From Lytechinus pictus (lineage: Eukaryota): a DNA stretch of 60,976 nt. This document shows positions 35,056-47,700 of this stretch, one piece after another. The stretch's first letter is position 1, and every line of letters starts with the position of its first letter. The notes beneath the pieces were generated by a model. That model was not told where the DNA came from and searched no databases. It saw only the letters and a program-made list of their open reading frames with translations. The stretch spans positions 4,340,001 through 4,400,976 of the forward strand of contig NC_087252.1 of assembly GCF_037042905.1 (NCBI RefSeq). The letters are read 5' to 3'. A program made the position numbers and the translations under genes.

Positions 35056-38000
35056 AAACTTTATTTAATTCTACTTTTTTAGGTTGAACCCGAAATGTGC
35101 ATATTCAAACCTTGACTTATTTTTCTCCAGATAGAGTCCCTATTATTTAACAAACACAAAGTGAGAAGCTCATTTCAGGGACTTTGATTAGTGAAAGTTA
35201 ATATTTTCAGCAATGTTTGTTATTCCTAAACACTTAGGATATTATATAGGCCCAAATACATATCATGTCTCCCCCTCCCCATCCCCCAAAATGGGTACCT
35301 TAAACGTTTGAAATACAAAAATGTCCCTCAGTTTTGCAAACAAATGTAGAAGGAATCGTTACGATTTACATGGCGGTATTCAAAGCAAAACAGAAAATTC
35401 ATGTCCGAATTCCCTGAAAATTCGTAATACTCGTATCACATACAAATTAGAAATCTGAGGTAATCCTCAAAATTAATAGAAAGTCTCTGAAAGTCAAAAT
35501 ATGTAATGCATAGTTGTCTTGATAAGTGTTGTATATTGTCCTTTTCGATTTAAAACACAAACACACTCCATTTCAACGTACAACATTCTTGAATGTTATT
35601 AATGCCCCCCACATGCTTAATGACATATTTTCTTTATTAACGTGTGAAATGTTGGGCTTTCACCATTTCCTTCATCCACCAAAAGTATCAAAATGGGCTA
35701 TACGTTACTCCTCTAAGTTACCTAATGTACGCTTCGTTTGTTAGTACAGAAAATACATATAAATTCGATGAAAATTTGATTACAACCGGATTAAAACCAC
35801 AGGCATATTCATGGCCTTTGGATCCAGTAGTCTAATGGTTAAATACGTCAATTATGTTAATGGTATTTTGTGTACAGGCCTACATATACTTTGTTGAGTC
35901 ACGTGTAAGATCATCTTTATAGTATAGATTTGATTTGCAAAATTATCGAAATATCCAAATATAACAAGGTAACATAGTCTGTCAGTTTTATTGTGCCACT
36001 CCCATTATTTTTAAGATGTTTTTATTGGTTGCGTAAACATGGTAAATGGAGACCTAGAGAGTGTAAATATATAGATATCAGATTATGCATTCACTGTTGT
36101 AAATATTCGGCTATTTAGCTTGTTTGGTGTGACTAATTTAACTTATAGCAGCGAAACATCCTTTCAAACTGATATCATGTTATAATATAATGTTTCAAAA
36201 CAAACGTTGGCAATTAGAGGGCGTTTTCTATTACTATATGTAGGTAGCACGGTCAGGAGAGAAGCTGGCATGTGTTTTATTGCAGTGAAATATTATTTTA
36301 CAACCGTTATGCAGTTTGTCTTATCATTGTCTGTTAACATATATACTGTTCAAAATATCAATTCATGGTAATATATTCATTGTAATATATATGAGCGGGC
36401 AATATATTCAAGGCGGTATTGTACACCAGTTCTTTGTTTCAGGTCAATAATAAGTTTACAGTTAGCTCCATCCGTAAGCTTTGATATTCCCTCCTCAATA
36501 TTTCTTTTTAACTTAATATGTGTATGTAGCTGCATAGGCCTCATTTGTAAATATGTATTGCTATTTCGTGACATTTGTTTTGGTAATGTCCACAGTTTTG
36601 TGTGTATTTTTGTTATAGAAAATGAATTATGTACAAAGACATATCACGTTTTGCATGCTTGTCTATTTTATTATCCTGTTAATTACTGCCTGTTTAGGTT
36701 TGTACCATATTTGATACGTTGTAGATATCTTTCAAAACAAAACAATACCAGTTTACATTAAACATTTTCTAAATCTTTCAGTGTCTAAGGTTTTTTTCCT
36801 ACAGCATCTATTTCGCACTCGGTTCCTATATGATATGAAATAAAGGTACAAGGGGAAACTTTTAAAAAAATCTCAGATTAAAAGTACGTACATCATCATC
36901 TTCTTTGCTTCCGGTATTCGTTTCTTAATGTTCACATTTCTCTAATGTTAACGATCTTTAACCCTAAACGACTGGGCTATTTGAGATGAATTGAGGACCG
37001 GGGGCATGATATGCATCCCCCTCCCTTCTGATCTCAGCCGCGGTTTGTGCGATCGCGCCGGAATTTGGCACACACATTCTTTACCACATAAACTACAAAA
37101 TATGATTTTTTTTTTGCTAATTAGAGCAAACTTTATTCTACCTTTTTAGGCTGGAATCGAGATGTGCAACTTAAAACCTTGACTCATCCCCCCCCCCCCC
37201 CCAGATGTTTAGTATCCTTAGCATCTAATAAATAAACAGAGAGAAACTCATTTCAAGCAATTGATTAGCATTCTTAGTGAAAGTTAAGGTTTTCCATGTT
37301 TGTCCTTTCAAACAGCTTAGTTAAGGGGATATTATGTTGGCCTAAATATATTGCGATATGAAGAATTAAGCCCCTCCCCCTCCCCCCCCCCCAAAAAAAA
37401 AAAAATTATACCTAAGACATATGAAATACACCAATATCTCTCTCTCTCTCTCTCGCTTTAAAACAAATCGAGAAAGGGACGATTTACATGGCTGTATCAA
37501 AAGCAATGAAAAAAGAGAAAAGTCAAGTCCAAATTCCATGAAAACTCATTATACCCACATCACATTACAAAGTAGAAATCCGAGGTAATCCTCAAAATTA
37601 ATAGAAAGTCTCTGAAAGTCATACTATTTAAAGCATAGTTGTCTTGATAGATCCTTTTTTATTAAAAACACACTCCATTTCAACGTACAAAATGCATGAA
37701 TGTTATTAATAATGTTCTCCATCTGCTCAATGACATATTTTCTTTCTTAACGTGTGATATGTTTGTTAAGGCCTTCACCATTTCCCTGATCCACCATAAG
37801 TGTTGAAATTGGTACATTTGGTTTGTTAGTACTGAATTAAGATTTGATGAAAATTTGATTATAACCGGAATACAACCATAGACCTATTAACTCATGGTCA
37901 TTGGATCCAGTAGTCTAATGGTTACATACATCAATTATTTTCAACGTATTTTGTGTACAGGCCTACATATAATTTCTTGCGTCATGTATAAGATCATTTT

Positions 38001-39292
38001 ATAGAATAGACTTGGTTTGAAAAATTATCGAAATATCCAAATATAACAAGGTAACATAGTCTGTCAGTTTTATCGTGCCACCCCCATTATTTTTAAGATG
38101 TTTTTATTGGTTGCATAAATGGAGACCTAGAGAGTGTAAATATATAAAATTTCAGTTTAAACATTCACTGTTGTAAATATTCGGCTATTTAGCATGTTTG
38201 GTGTGACTATATATTACTTATAGCAGCGAAACATCCTTTCAAACTAGTATCATGTTACAATATAAATAATGTTTCAAAACGAACGTTGGCAATTAGAGCA
38301 CGTTTTCTATTACTATATGTAATTACTTTATCTTGCCACCCCCATTATTTTTAAGATGTCATATTGGTTGCATAAATGGAGACCTAGAGAGTGTGAATAT
38401 ATAAATTTCAGATTGTACATTCACTGTTGTAAATATTCGGCTATTTAGCATGTTTGGTGTGAATAATTTTTACTTATAACAGCGAAACATCCTTTCAAAC
38501 TAGTATTATGTTACAATATAAATGTTTCAAAACGAACGTTGGCAATTAGAGGACGTTTTCTATTACTATATGTAGGTAGCGCGGTCAGGATAGATGTCGG
38601 AGAGTTATTTCCTTTTCTAACTTACAATTTCGTTTATTGTCATTATGGCCGTGTAATATTTTGTACAACAGTTATGCAGTTTGTTTTATCATTTATATCT
38701 GTAAGCATGTTTTTTTATACTGTTCAAAATACCAATTCATTGAGCCACTGGTTGAGCGGGCAATAGTTAAGGCGTTATTGTACACAAATTCTTTGTTTCA
38801 AGTCAATAATAATAACTTTACATTTATTTGTAAAAAGGTGTTAATATTATGTTACTGTTGTTTGGGTAATTTCTATAGTTTTGTGTGTAAATATTTATGT
38901 TAAAAAAATTGTAAATGTACAAATACACATCACTTTTGCATGCTAGTCTATTTTATATATATATATATCATCCTTGAATTACTGCCTGTGTAGGTTTGTA
39001 TCCTGGTACCATACATTTGATACTTTGCAGATATCTTTCAAAACATAACATATCCAGATTCCATAATTTTTTTCCAAGAAATTCAACAGTGTCTAAGGTT
39101 TAGTCGTACAGCATGTGTTTCGCACTCGATTCCCAGTGACATGAAGCAAAGGTACAAGGGGAAACTTTTTTAAAATCTCAGACTTTAAGTACATGATCTT
39201 CTTTGCTTCCGGTATTCGTTTATTAATGTTCACATGAGAGGAATAGTGTGTAGGTCTGTTATTCATATTTATCTAATGTTAAGGATCTTTAA
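35056..39292. repeat. Diverged direct tandem duplication of a ~1.9-2.2-kb non-coding segment
   Basis: Copy 1 ~35056-36960, copy 2 ~37128-39292. A ~250-bp subunit occurs three times (~35994-36242, 38076-38320, 38334-38572). Confidence 0.85.
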
Positions 39293-39761
39293 GCTTTCTG
39301 ACCTTTTTAGTTTTCCTTTATTTCATTTACCTATACGACGGCATATCGCCATATCAACAATATGTTATGTCGTTACTTTTATTTTGTTTTATGTTGTTCT
39401 TTAATTTGATCATTATGTTATTTCAATTGTTTTATGTCGTTCAAGCATTCTGAGATTTTGGGCTTCCCTTTATTTCTCTTCCTTACTAAAAGTCATACTT
39501 TGACATATACCATATCCACAGTGTATCTTGTAATTATTTTTATTGTGTTCATCTTGTTATTTTGACGTTTTGAGTATTGATCTTACGATATGCTGGTTGA
39601 AGGTATCATCATAAGAAATGAAAGATCGAATAATCAACCATACTGAGTTTGGTGTGGATTACTTTCACGGTTCATTATCATTGACAAATCATTTAGCCAT
39701 ACAGTTTTAAAACACACAAAAAACACTTATTAGAAATTATACCTCCTGGATGCACCTTTAT

Positions 39762-39930
39762 CACTGCAAAAAAAAGAAGTACTAATTTAGCACTTGCAGT
39801 GCTTGTATAGTGACCGCACTTCGAGTGCTGATTTTCTAGTTCAAATTTGAACTAGTAAATCAGCACTGGTAGTGCAGTCACTATTCAAGCACTGAGAGTG
39901 CTAAATCAGCACTTCATTTGTTACTCAGTG
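39762..39930. mobile_element. Foldback MITE, CACT-ended family
   Basis: Near-perfect palindrome centred on TTCAAATTTGAA; a paralogue lies at 40317-40482. Confidence 0.8.
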
Positions 39931-40316
39931 TATAATAATTTAACCCATCAAATAGACTCCTTTTAATGACTTGCAAAAATAATTACATACAAGATCAACG
40001 GAGAAAGAGGAATAAAGAAATTCAAAGTTGAAAAATAGAGAAGAAAGAACTTGCCAAGAATGAAGGAAAATATGTTAACATATAGGAAACAAACGATGCA
40101 TGTACATGTGTGCGATCGCTAATTAGGTGCGTGTTGGTAGTTGTGACTTCTGAGTGAATTCTGTGTTGATGGAATTGTGTGATTGCAATAACTTACGGCC
40201 ATGTATAGCACTTTCACCGTCAAAGATTTTTCTGATAACTGAAAAATATAAGAATGATTAAATGTCACCGCAGCACCTTCCCGGTGAAAGAAGGAAGAAG
40301 TCAAAAGAGATCTGTA

Positions 40317-40482
40317 CACTGTAAATAATGAAGTGCTATTTTAGCACTTAAAGTGCTTGTATAGTGACTGCACTACGAGTGCTGATTTTCTAGTTTAAAT
40401 TTGAACTAAGAAATCAGCACTCGTAGTGCAGTCACTATACAAGCACTTTAAGTGCTGAATTAGCACTTAATTTTTTACAGTG
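40317..40482. mobile_element. Foldback MITE, CACT-ended family, TA flanks
   Basis: TA|CACTGTAAA...TTTACAGTG|TA, palindromic along its whole length. Confidence 0.85.
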
Positions 40483-40875
40483 TAAGGAAACAAAAAAGTC
40501 ATCGGAATTCTTTATCTGCCCCCAGAACACCCCCCTCCCCATGCTTCTGGTAAGACCTTGGGAGCGTTTCATCAACATTTCCATCGACAAGCTGTCAGAT
40601 CTGATAACTTTCCTTGATTTTGATTAACTGAGAAGCACTGTTACTATGGTAACTGTCGGATAAAAAAAGAACTTGTCGGGTAAAAATATCCGACAAGTCT
40701 TTTGATGAAATACTCCCCATTATTCTGGTAGGTGAAAGAGTTTGAACATGTGAGGGTGTGTGAGTGTATGGTTAGTGTCCGTGTTAGTCCACGTGAAAGC
40801 GTGTTTATACTTCTGTACACATGAAATCTAAACTTGCAAGAAATCAAAGACACACAAACAAATCTGATTCTTCAT

Positions 40876-40881
40876 TTTATT
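40876..40881 (-). terminator. Candidate polyadenylation signal of the P450 gene
   Basis: AATAAA on the minus strand followed by a GT-rich tract (TTTGTTTGTGTGTCTTTG), ~860 nt past the stop codon. Confidence 0.45.
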
Positions 40882-41205
40882 CCATTTACCACTGTACATA
40901 ATGAATATATATCTGACAATTGTCGAGTCTCTTTCAATTGTCTTCAGTCCAAGTTTGTTTAAGATGTTATCATTAATATCCCATCAAATCTTTTTCATTA
41001 CAGAATTTGTCTCAAAAAATTTTCATGAAAAATTAATATAAAAAATACATTAGTATGCATGTATATTTTCCATATTCCTGTAAATAAATGCTCTTTTCTT
41101 TGAGCAACAGAAGAGTGCGGTCTTTTGGAATTCAACTATTCTACATTGGCCAATGTAGTGCAAAGGCATTTAATCGACATTTCTTCTAAAGTGGACTGGG
41201 AGTAG

Positions 41206-41480
41206 CACTGTAAACGGAAAAGAGCTAATCTGATTCCTATTCACATTACTCTCATAGTGAGACGAGGGACCAGTCATTTTAGAGTGGGATTTACATCTTT
41301 TGAAAGTGCATTATTGCTGTTTCCGGAGTGAAAAGTGTATATTTTACATATTTGCACTCCAGAAACAGGTAAATCCACTTCTAAAAAAATGGAAACCCCG
41401 CTCCAAAATGAGGGTCCCTCGTCTCACTCTGAGAGGAATGTGATTAGGGACCAAATTAGCTTTTTTTTTCATTTAAAGTG
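41206..41480. mobile_element. CACT-ended inverted-repeat MITE in the putative P450 3' UTR
   Basis: Arms AGCTAATCTGATTCCTATTCACATT..GTGAGACGAGGGACC / GGTCCCTCGTCTCAC..AATGTGATTAGGGACCAAATTAGCT. Confidence 0.7.
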
Positions 41481-41741
41481 TATTCTTATTGTATCTACCA
41501 GTGACAAGAATAAGCTCAAAAAGTGCTCAGAAAATCACATTTTGCCTTGGCTTATTATGATAGGCCTATATTCAATACATTCTTACTTAAATTTTCAATT
41601 TAATGATTTAACTCTCAGTCAAAATGAACAGGGTAAAAGCAAGGAACATGATGTTTAACTTCCTTTCCCCGCAGTTGAAAATTCTTTAATATCTTAAATT
41701 GGGCAGGTTCATGATTACGCTGGCTGCATCATCGTTGGTCC

Positions 41742-44700
41742 TCACTTACGCTGTACAACTTTGAGTGTGTAGCTATCTTTCTTTGACATGAGCGAAGTAT
41801 TGTCGACAGGTGGTGGAATCTGAAATTAAAAACGGGTAAAATCATATAATTATGCATAAATATAATTATAATAAGGTATCTTTAAAGAAAAAATAAGACA
41901 AATGCTTCGAATTAGAACGTAGAGAGTGAGTCGATAGCAATAGTTCTACCTTTATCAAATTCAAAGGCTAACAACGATGTGAATGTTTTGTGACATTAAG
42001 CGAAGTTTTAAAACGCCATACCCTTCTTACTTTGCATCAAATTTTAAAGAAATTATCGGTAACATAATGGGTACATTTTTCTCTCTCTCTATTCAAATAA
42101 TTTTAGGCCGTGGACTTTACCTACTCAATAACATGATTTACTTGTGAACACTTATCAGACTCAAATATGCTCAAATCAACCTCCCTTCAGTAGAGATCTA
42201 TCAGCTTTATCATATTTCTGGTTGATTTGACAAAATATTATCACTCAATATCAATCAAACTTAACAGTTTTGTGAGACATACAAGAAAAAGAATGAAATG
42301 ACAGAACGATATTCTTTCATGTTTAAACGGGTATGTCGCGAAAAATGGCCAGGGCCCTTTGAGCCCCCCCCCCCCTCCACCACCACCAGTCTATAATAAA
42401 AAGAGATGTAAAAAGATGAAGAATGTTGATAACAGCTGACACTGAAAGAGCCTCGGACCCCCATACTTTGTAATGCTAAATTAAGCCTAAAAGAATAACC
42501 GAAGTCAGCTATAAAACGGAACACTAGACTCACACCCTGTTTATGGTTAAGTGTATCTACGATGTAAATACCTTGGTAAGTGGTGAAATCTCAAAACGAA
42601 CTTCTTGGAGAGATCGGACAAGCGCCATCTTTGCCTCCATGAGTGCGAATCTCATTCCGAGACAGATACGAGGACCAGCACCGAAAGGCATCCAGGTAAA
42701 TGGGTTACGACCCTCACGATTCTCCTTGGTGAATCTTATGAGGGGTGTGGAAAGGGGAGTAAGGAAGGTAAAAAGAATGGGGGAAATGCTGAGTTACATT
42801 GCCATCAAAACATTGGTCCGTATAAATTATTTTGAACTCGCGTTTGAGTTTAACTCTGTTCGAAGGTTGGATAGCAATGGTGGCACTCATCAGGCCATCT
42901 GTCACTCAGATCATTCACAGCTGTCTAGGGTTAATGACTAAACTAGTTATCATTGCAAGCATAACAGTCAGACCGCAGGTCCCTATGCTAATGAGCAAAA
43001 AGGCCAGATTCATCCAAATCATCTCGTGACTGAATCCTCCTCCTTGCAAAATCTCGTGATTCGTGAGATTTTCTTTCTCAAAGAATTTACCTGTTTTAAC
43101 CTCAAGTTAAATGAAATATTATTGCACCATCAAACAGAGTAAAAGTTACTCTTTCATATTGGTCATTTATTTTGTATACAATATTTGGTTAAATAAGTAA
43201 ATTTCTGGCCTGAAAATGTGCCTCAAAACTGAATTTTCTTCCTCTGTTTTCTTTTGCAAATTTCGCAAAACTTGTTATTTTGAGCCTCAATGATATCTAT
43301 ATCACCATAAAGCTGAATTTCTGTACTTTCTCACAATACCACTCTTGATATGCAGCACCTTTTAATCTGGTCAAGATCACACTTTTCCCAATAAGGTACA
43401 AGACGAGATTTCTGAAATTTTGTACTTGCATGAAATCCAGAGTTCTGATTGGCTGGATAAGGTTCACAGAACTACAGGCGCGGGGTATTTGAGGAGATTA
43501 CCACATGGGAAGTGTGACCTTCCCACGAACCCAGGCACTGGGACCGTTGGAATTTGCCATTGTGTGGTCTCTTTGACCAATCAGAGTGCAGTATTCTTGT
43601 TTTCAAACTGCTTTATGTACTTGACAAATGAAAAGTGTGATCTTGACCCGATTAAACCAATTCTTATTTTGAAACCTATATCATTTCAAAGCATACATAT
43701 TCAGCTTTATCATGATATAAAAATCATTTGGGCTCAAACAAAAATAAAGTGTGAAAATAGCAGCTTTTTTCAGGTGAAAATATTTCTTTTGTAGCATATT
43801 TTAGATCAAAATTTTAACCTATATTACAAAATCTTTGAATAAATCCAAACACATGACCTGAAAGAATGATTCTTCTTCTTTACAATGGTACCAAATTCAT
43901 GAAATTCGATGCACAATTAGAGCAGCAATGACCGAATGAGAAGAGGTGTTTTGGTCCTCATCAAGCTCATTAAATATGCAAAACATCTCAAGTCATGAAT
44001 ATCACTTGGATGAAAGAAGCCACTTTCTTGGGACCTGCAGTCTGACTGATAAAATGATGAGAGCATAGAGAGTATAAGAAAGCTAAAATTTTAACAAAGT
44101 TTCGACATTTGGGGCTTCACATAATTCTGGCACAGAGTTAGACAACAGCCTATAAACCAGACTTCAGAATACGGCCATTATATGTCTCAGCTCTGACTAC
44201 ACCGCGTACTACATACCCAGGCTTTAGCCCTTCAGCATAGATACGTATCCTGATCAGGTGCTCGACCATTCAAGGAATTCCTTCCTACCGGTAGTACACC
44301 CGGATGGAGAGTGGCGAAAAAAAATATACCGTCAAAAATGGGGCGAAATTAAATGAAAATTGAAAAGCCAGAGGGAGGCGCCATAGCCCAGTCGGGGGGG
44401 GGGTCGGATTCCGGTGACCCGGATTCGATTCCCACTTGGTCGTGCTCTTTGGTAAGGTATTAATCCTCATTACCAGGTCCCTCGTACAGGACTTTAAGTC
44501 ATCGGTCCTCTGGTTGCTTGCTAACAAGCATTCATGCTTTCTTAGCAATTATAGAAAAAATCATTCACATTAGCCATATGAAAACAATGAATGTATTCCC
44601 AGCTCACACATCTGTACACTCTAAAAAAAGAAGATCTAATTTAGCTCTTAAAGAGCGTATATAGTGACTGCACTTCGCAGTGCTGATTTTTCTCGTTCAA

Positions 44701-47700
44701 ATTTGAAGGAGACAAATCAGCGCTCCGAAATGCAGTCACTATACACGCTCTTTAAGAGCTAAATTAGATCTTCGTTTTTTAGAGTGTAGCCAGTTGTTTA
44801 CTCTCCCATACCTGTCTGGGTCAAACTTGAGAGGGTCAGGCCAGTGGGTATGGTCTCGCTGAATGGAGTATGTTGGTATCCAAATCTGAATTCCCTTGTC
44901 AATCCTACAACCGTTGTACGTACACGTCTCACCACATTCCCGGTCAGATCTGTCAAGTCAAAGAGAATAATGAAGTATGAAATGATGGACGTATAGGTCC
45001 ATGATGAATGTTAGTAACAAAGATAATTATGAAACAGAGAAAGGGAGAGACGGAGAGCGAAAGGATGAAAAATGATTTAGACTCGGATGTTAAATAAGAA
45101 CGCTATGACACTCACTATTCATTTTGTTTATATTTTTTATTGTTTGAACTATACAATACAATATTTCAATTTTTACAGATGGCGAACTTGATTAAACCAC
45201 AAAATGTTTTTAAAATGGTAACTATTTCATATAATGAAATACAAAATATTGTGAATGTGTGATGTCATCTACCCCCTCATTTGCATACTAACCAAGGATG
45301 TCTTTTGTGAAATTAACAGAAAATTACAAATGTCATAACTTTCTTATTTTACATCCAATTTTAATTTGCAGCGTTATGCTTCTTAGAAATTTCCCATTTA
45401 TACAAATCCACTTTTACTGAACGTACAGTTGTCCTTTAGATTATCATCATCATTTTCGAGTAATTATAATCATTATTTTCGAATAATTATGTAAAAAATG
45501 CACAGAATGGCGACCTATTAAATTCAGTCACTTTTGAGCTTTTTTTAAATCATTTTTAGAGTGATTGACTTACAGGACTCCAGGTGGGTATATCCTCAGC
45601 ACCTCACACACCACCTGATCCAAATAAGGCATCTTGGAGATTGACGTATAGCTGACGTCATCACGTTTTGGTACGACGTCATCAATCTCGGCAATGAGCT
45701 TGTCTTGACAGTCAGGGTTAGAGGCCAGTAAGTAGGAGGCATAGGTCAAAAGAGTCGCAGTAGTCTCGTACCCAGCCGAAAGGAATATAATGGACTAAAA
45801 CGAATGATAATGACAATGCCTAACTAATTCTCTTAATCGCAATGATTGACCAACAAGATTGTCGATTAAATCTAACAAATTTAGAATTTTATCTTTTCCT
45901 CTAACTAATTTTTTATTGGCTCCAAACAACAATGTTAGATTGATATATAATCTTTAGAAATTTGCATAGTAATCGTAACAAAATCACAAATAAGGGTGAC
46001 GATAATCATTATAAAGATCACACTTTGACAGGAGCGATGCAATTTTTATCGTTTTTTTTTAGGGTTGGCAAGATTGGACTACCCATACGACTTACTGTTT
46101 TATTTTCTCATATATCACGAAATGGATTTCATGAAGGGGAAATTAACAGAAAAGGGGATACATGTATAGAAAATGGATGACAATGAAGTGGCAATATGTC
46201 AACCCTGAATTCCATTATAATAGCCCATATATATGAATTATATTTTCCTGTTCCTCCCCATTATCACGAATGTCATGGCTGGTACAATTAAAACAACATT
46301 ATATATATGTAAATAATAAACATGATAAAGCAGGCAAAAATAGTTGAATAATGAAGACATAAAATAAGAGAACGAGAAAAGTATATCGAACAAAAAGAAT
46401 CATTGACAAGATTCAAACGAACAAATAGAAATAATATCAGGAAGAGCAGAGGCAATGAACATGAATAAAATCAAGGGATTGAAATGAATAAAATCACTAG
46501 CGTACCTACGGGGGAGGCAGACTGCCCCCCTGACGAGTCTTGAAGACCTTTTTTTTTTTTTTTTTTTTTTGCTTGTCAAATTTTTTTCTGGTACGAAATC
46601 CTTTATTTGGGGTTGAAGACCTTTCTTTTTTCTTTTTTTTTTTTTGCTGTCAATTTTTTTGGCGGACGAATTTGCCCCCCCCCCCTGTGGAAAATCCTAG
46701 GTACGCCACTGAATAAAATCAAAAGAAATAATCACGAGAGGATTATCTTTACCTGCCCAAATAGTTCCTCCTTCGTCAAATATTTCTTAGTTTTGGTCGA
46801 AACGCTTTCCTCAGCTCCTGCGTCTTTAAAATACTTGTTATGGACGTCATCGTCGTCGTTCTCGATCACCATCTTGGCTTTTCCATTTTTAGCGTCAATC
46901 AAAAGCTGCAGGAAGTCTTTTCCCTGTGTGTTTACAAAAAGAAGTAATGTGATATAGGCCTAACAAAAAATGTAAAAGTGTACAGACGCAGTATTCAAAT
47001 TACAATTCTACCGAACAGAAGTGGATAGGCCTACTGTTTGATCTCGGGAAGGTATTGTCATTCCATACCAATATCAAAAATACATTTAATTTAGTTTTTC
47101 TAATATTTTCAGAGATCTTATGTAGATATATTTTTCATACATAACGCCTCGGACGAGAAAAAAGCCTTTTAGCAAGAGATAAAGCTTTTGAAAATAGACG
47201 CAACAGGGAGTTTGTTTACAGTTAGAGGGGAAAACTTCAAGAGAGTCCTGCACACTACACTCTAAAAAATGTTGGGCAACATACGGTCCACACAACAATT
47301 GGTTAAAACTTTATCCAATTCTGGGTAGTTTTACACCAATAATATGTGCTTTGGGTGAAAACTACACAGTATTGGTTGAAAACTACCCAGAGTTGGATAA
47401 ATTTTTTAACCAATTGTTGTGTGGACCGTATGTTGCCCAACATTTTAAGAGTGTACAATTTGAGAAAAAATATAACCAAGCTCCGACTGAGCGCTCATAA
47501 TCTACCAATAGAAACAGGGAGGTACAAAAGACCGGAGAAGATAGCACCTAACCTGAGATTTTGTGAAGATTGTAATTTGAATTATGTCGGGGATGAGTTC
47601 CACATTATAATGAAATGTAACAAATATAAAGATTTGCGTAAAGATTTTTTTGAAAAGATAATTACCTTCAATATTAGGTTTACTGAAATGGAGTGCCAGG

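Noticed and set aside
42543-42941. Plus-strand 132-aa ORF (similarly 46607-46957 and 49533-49817)
   Set aside because: Antisense shadows of P450 exons 11, 8 and 6.
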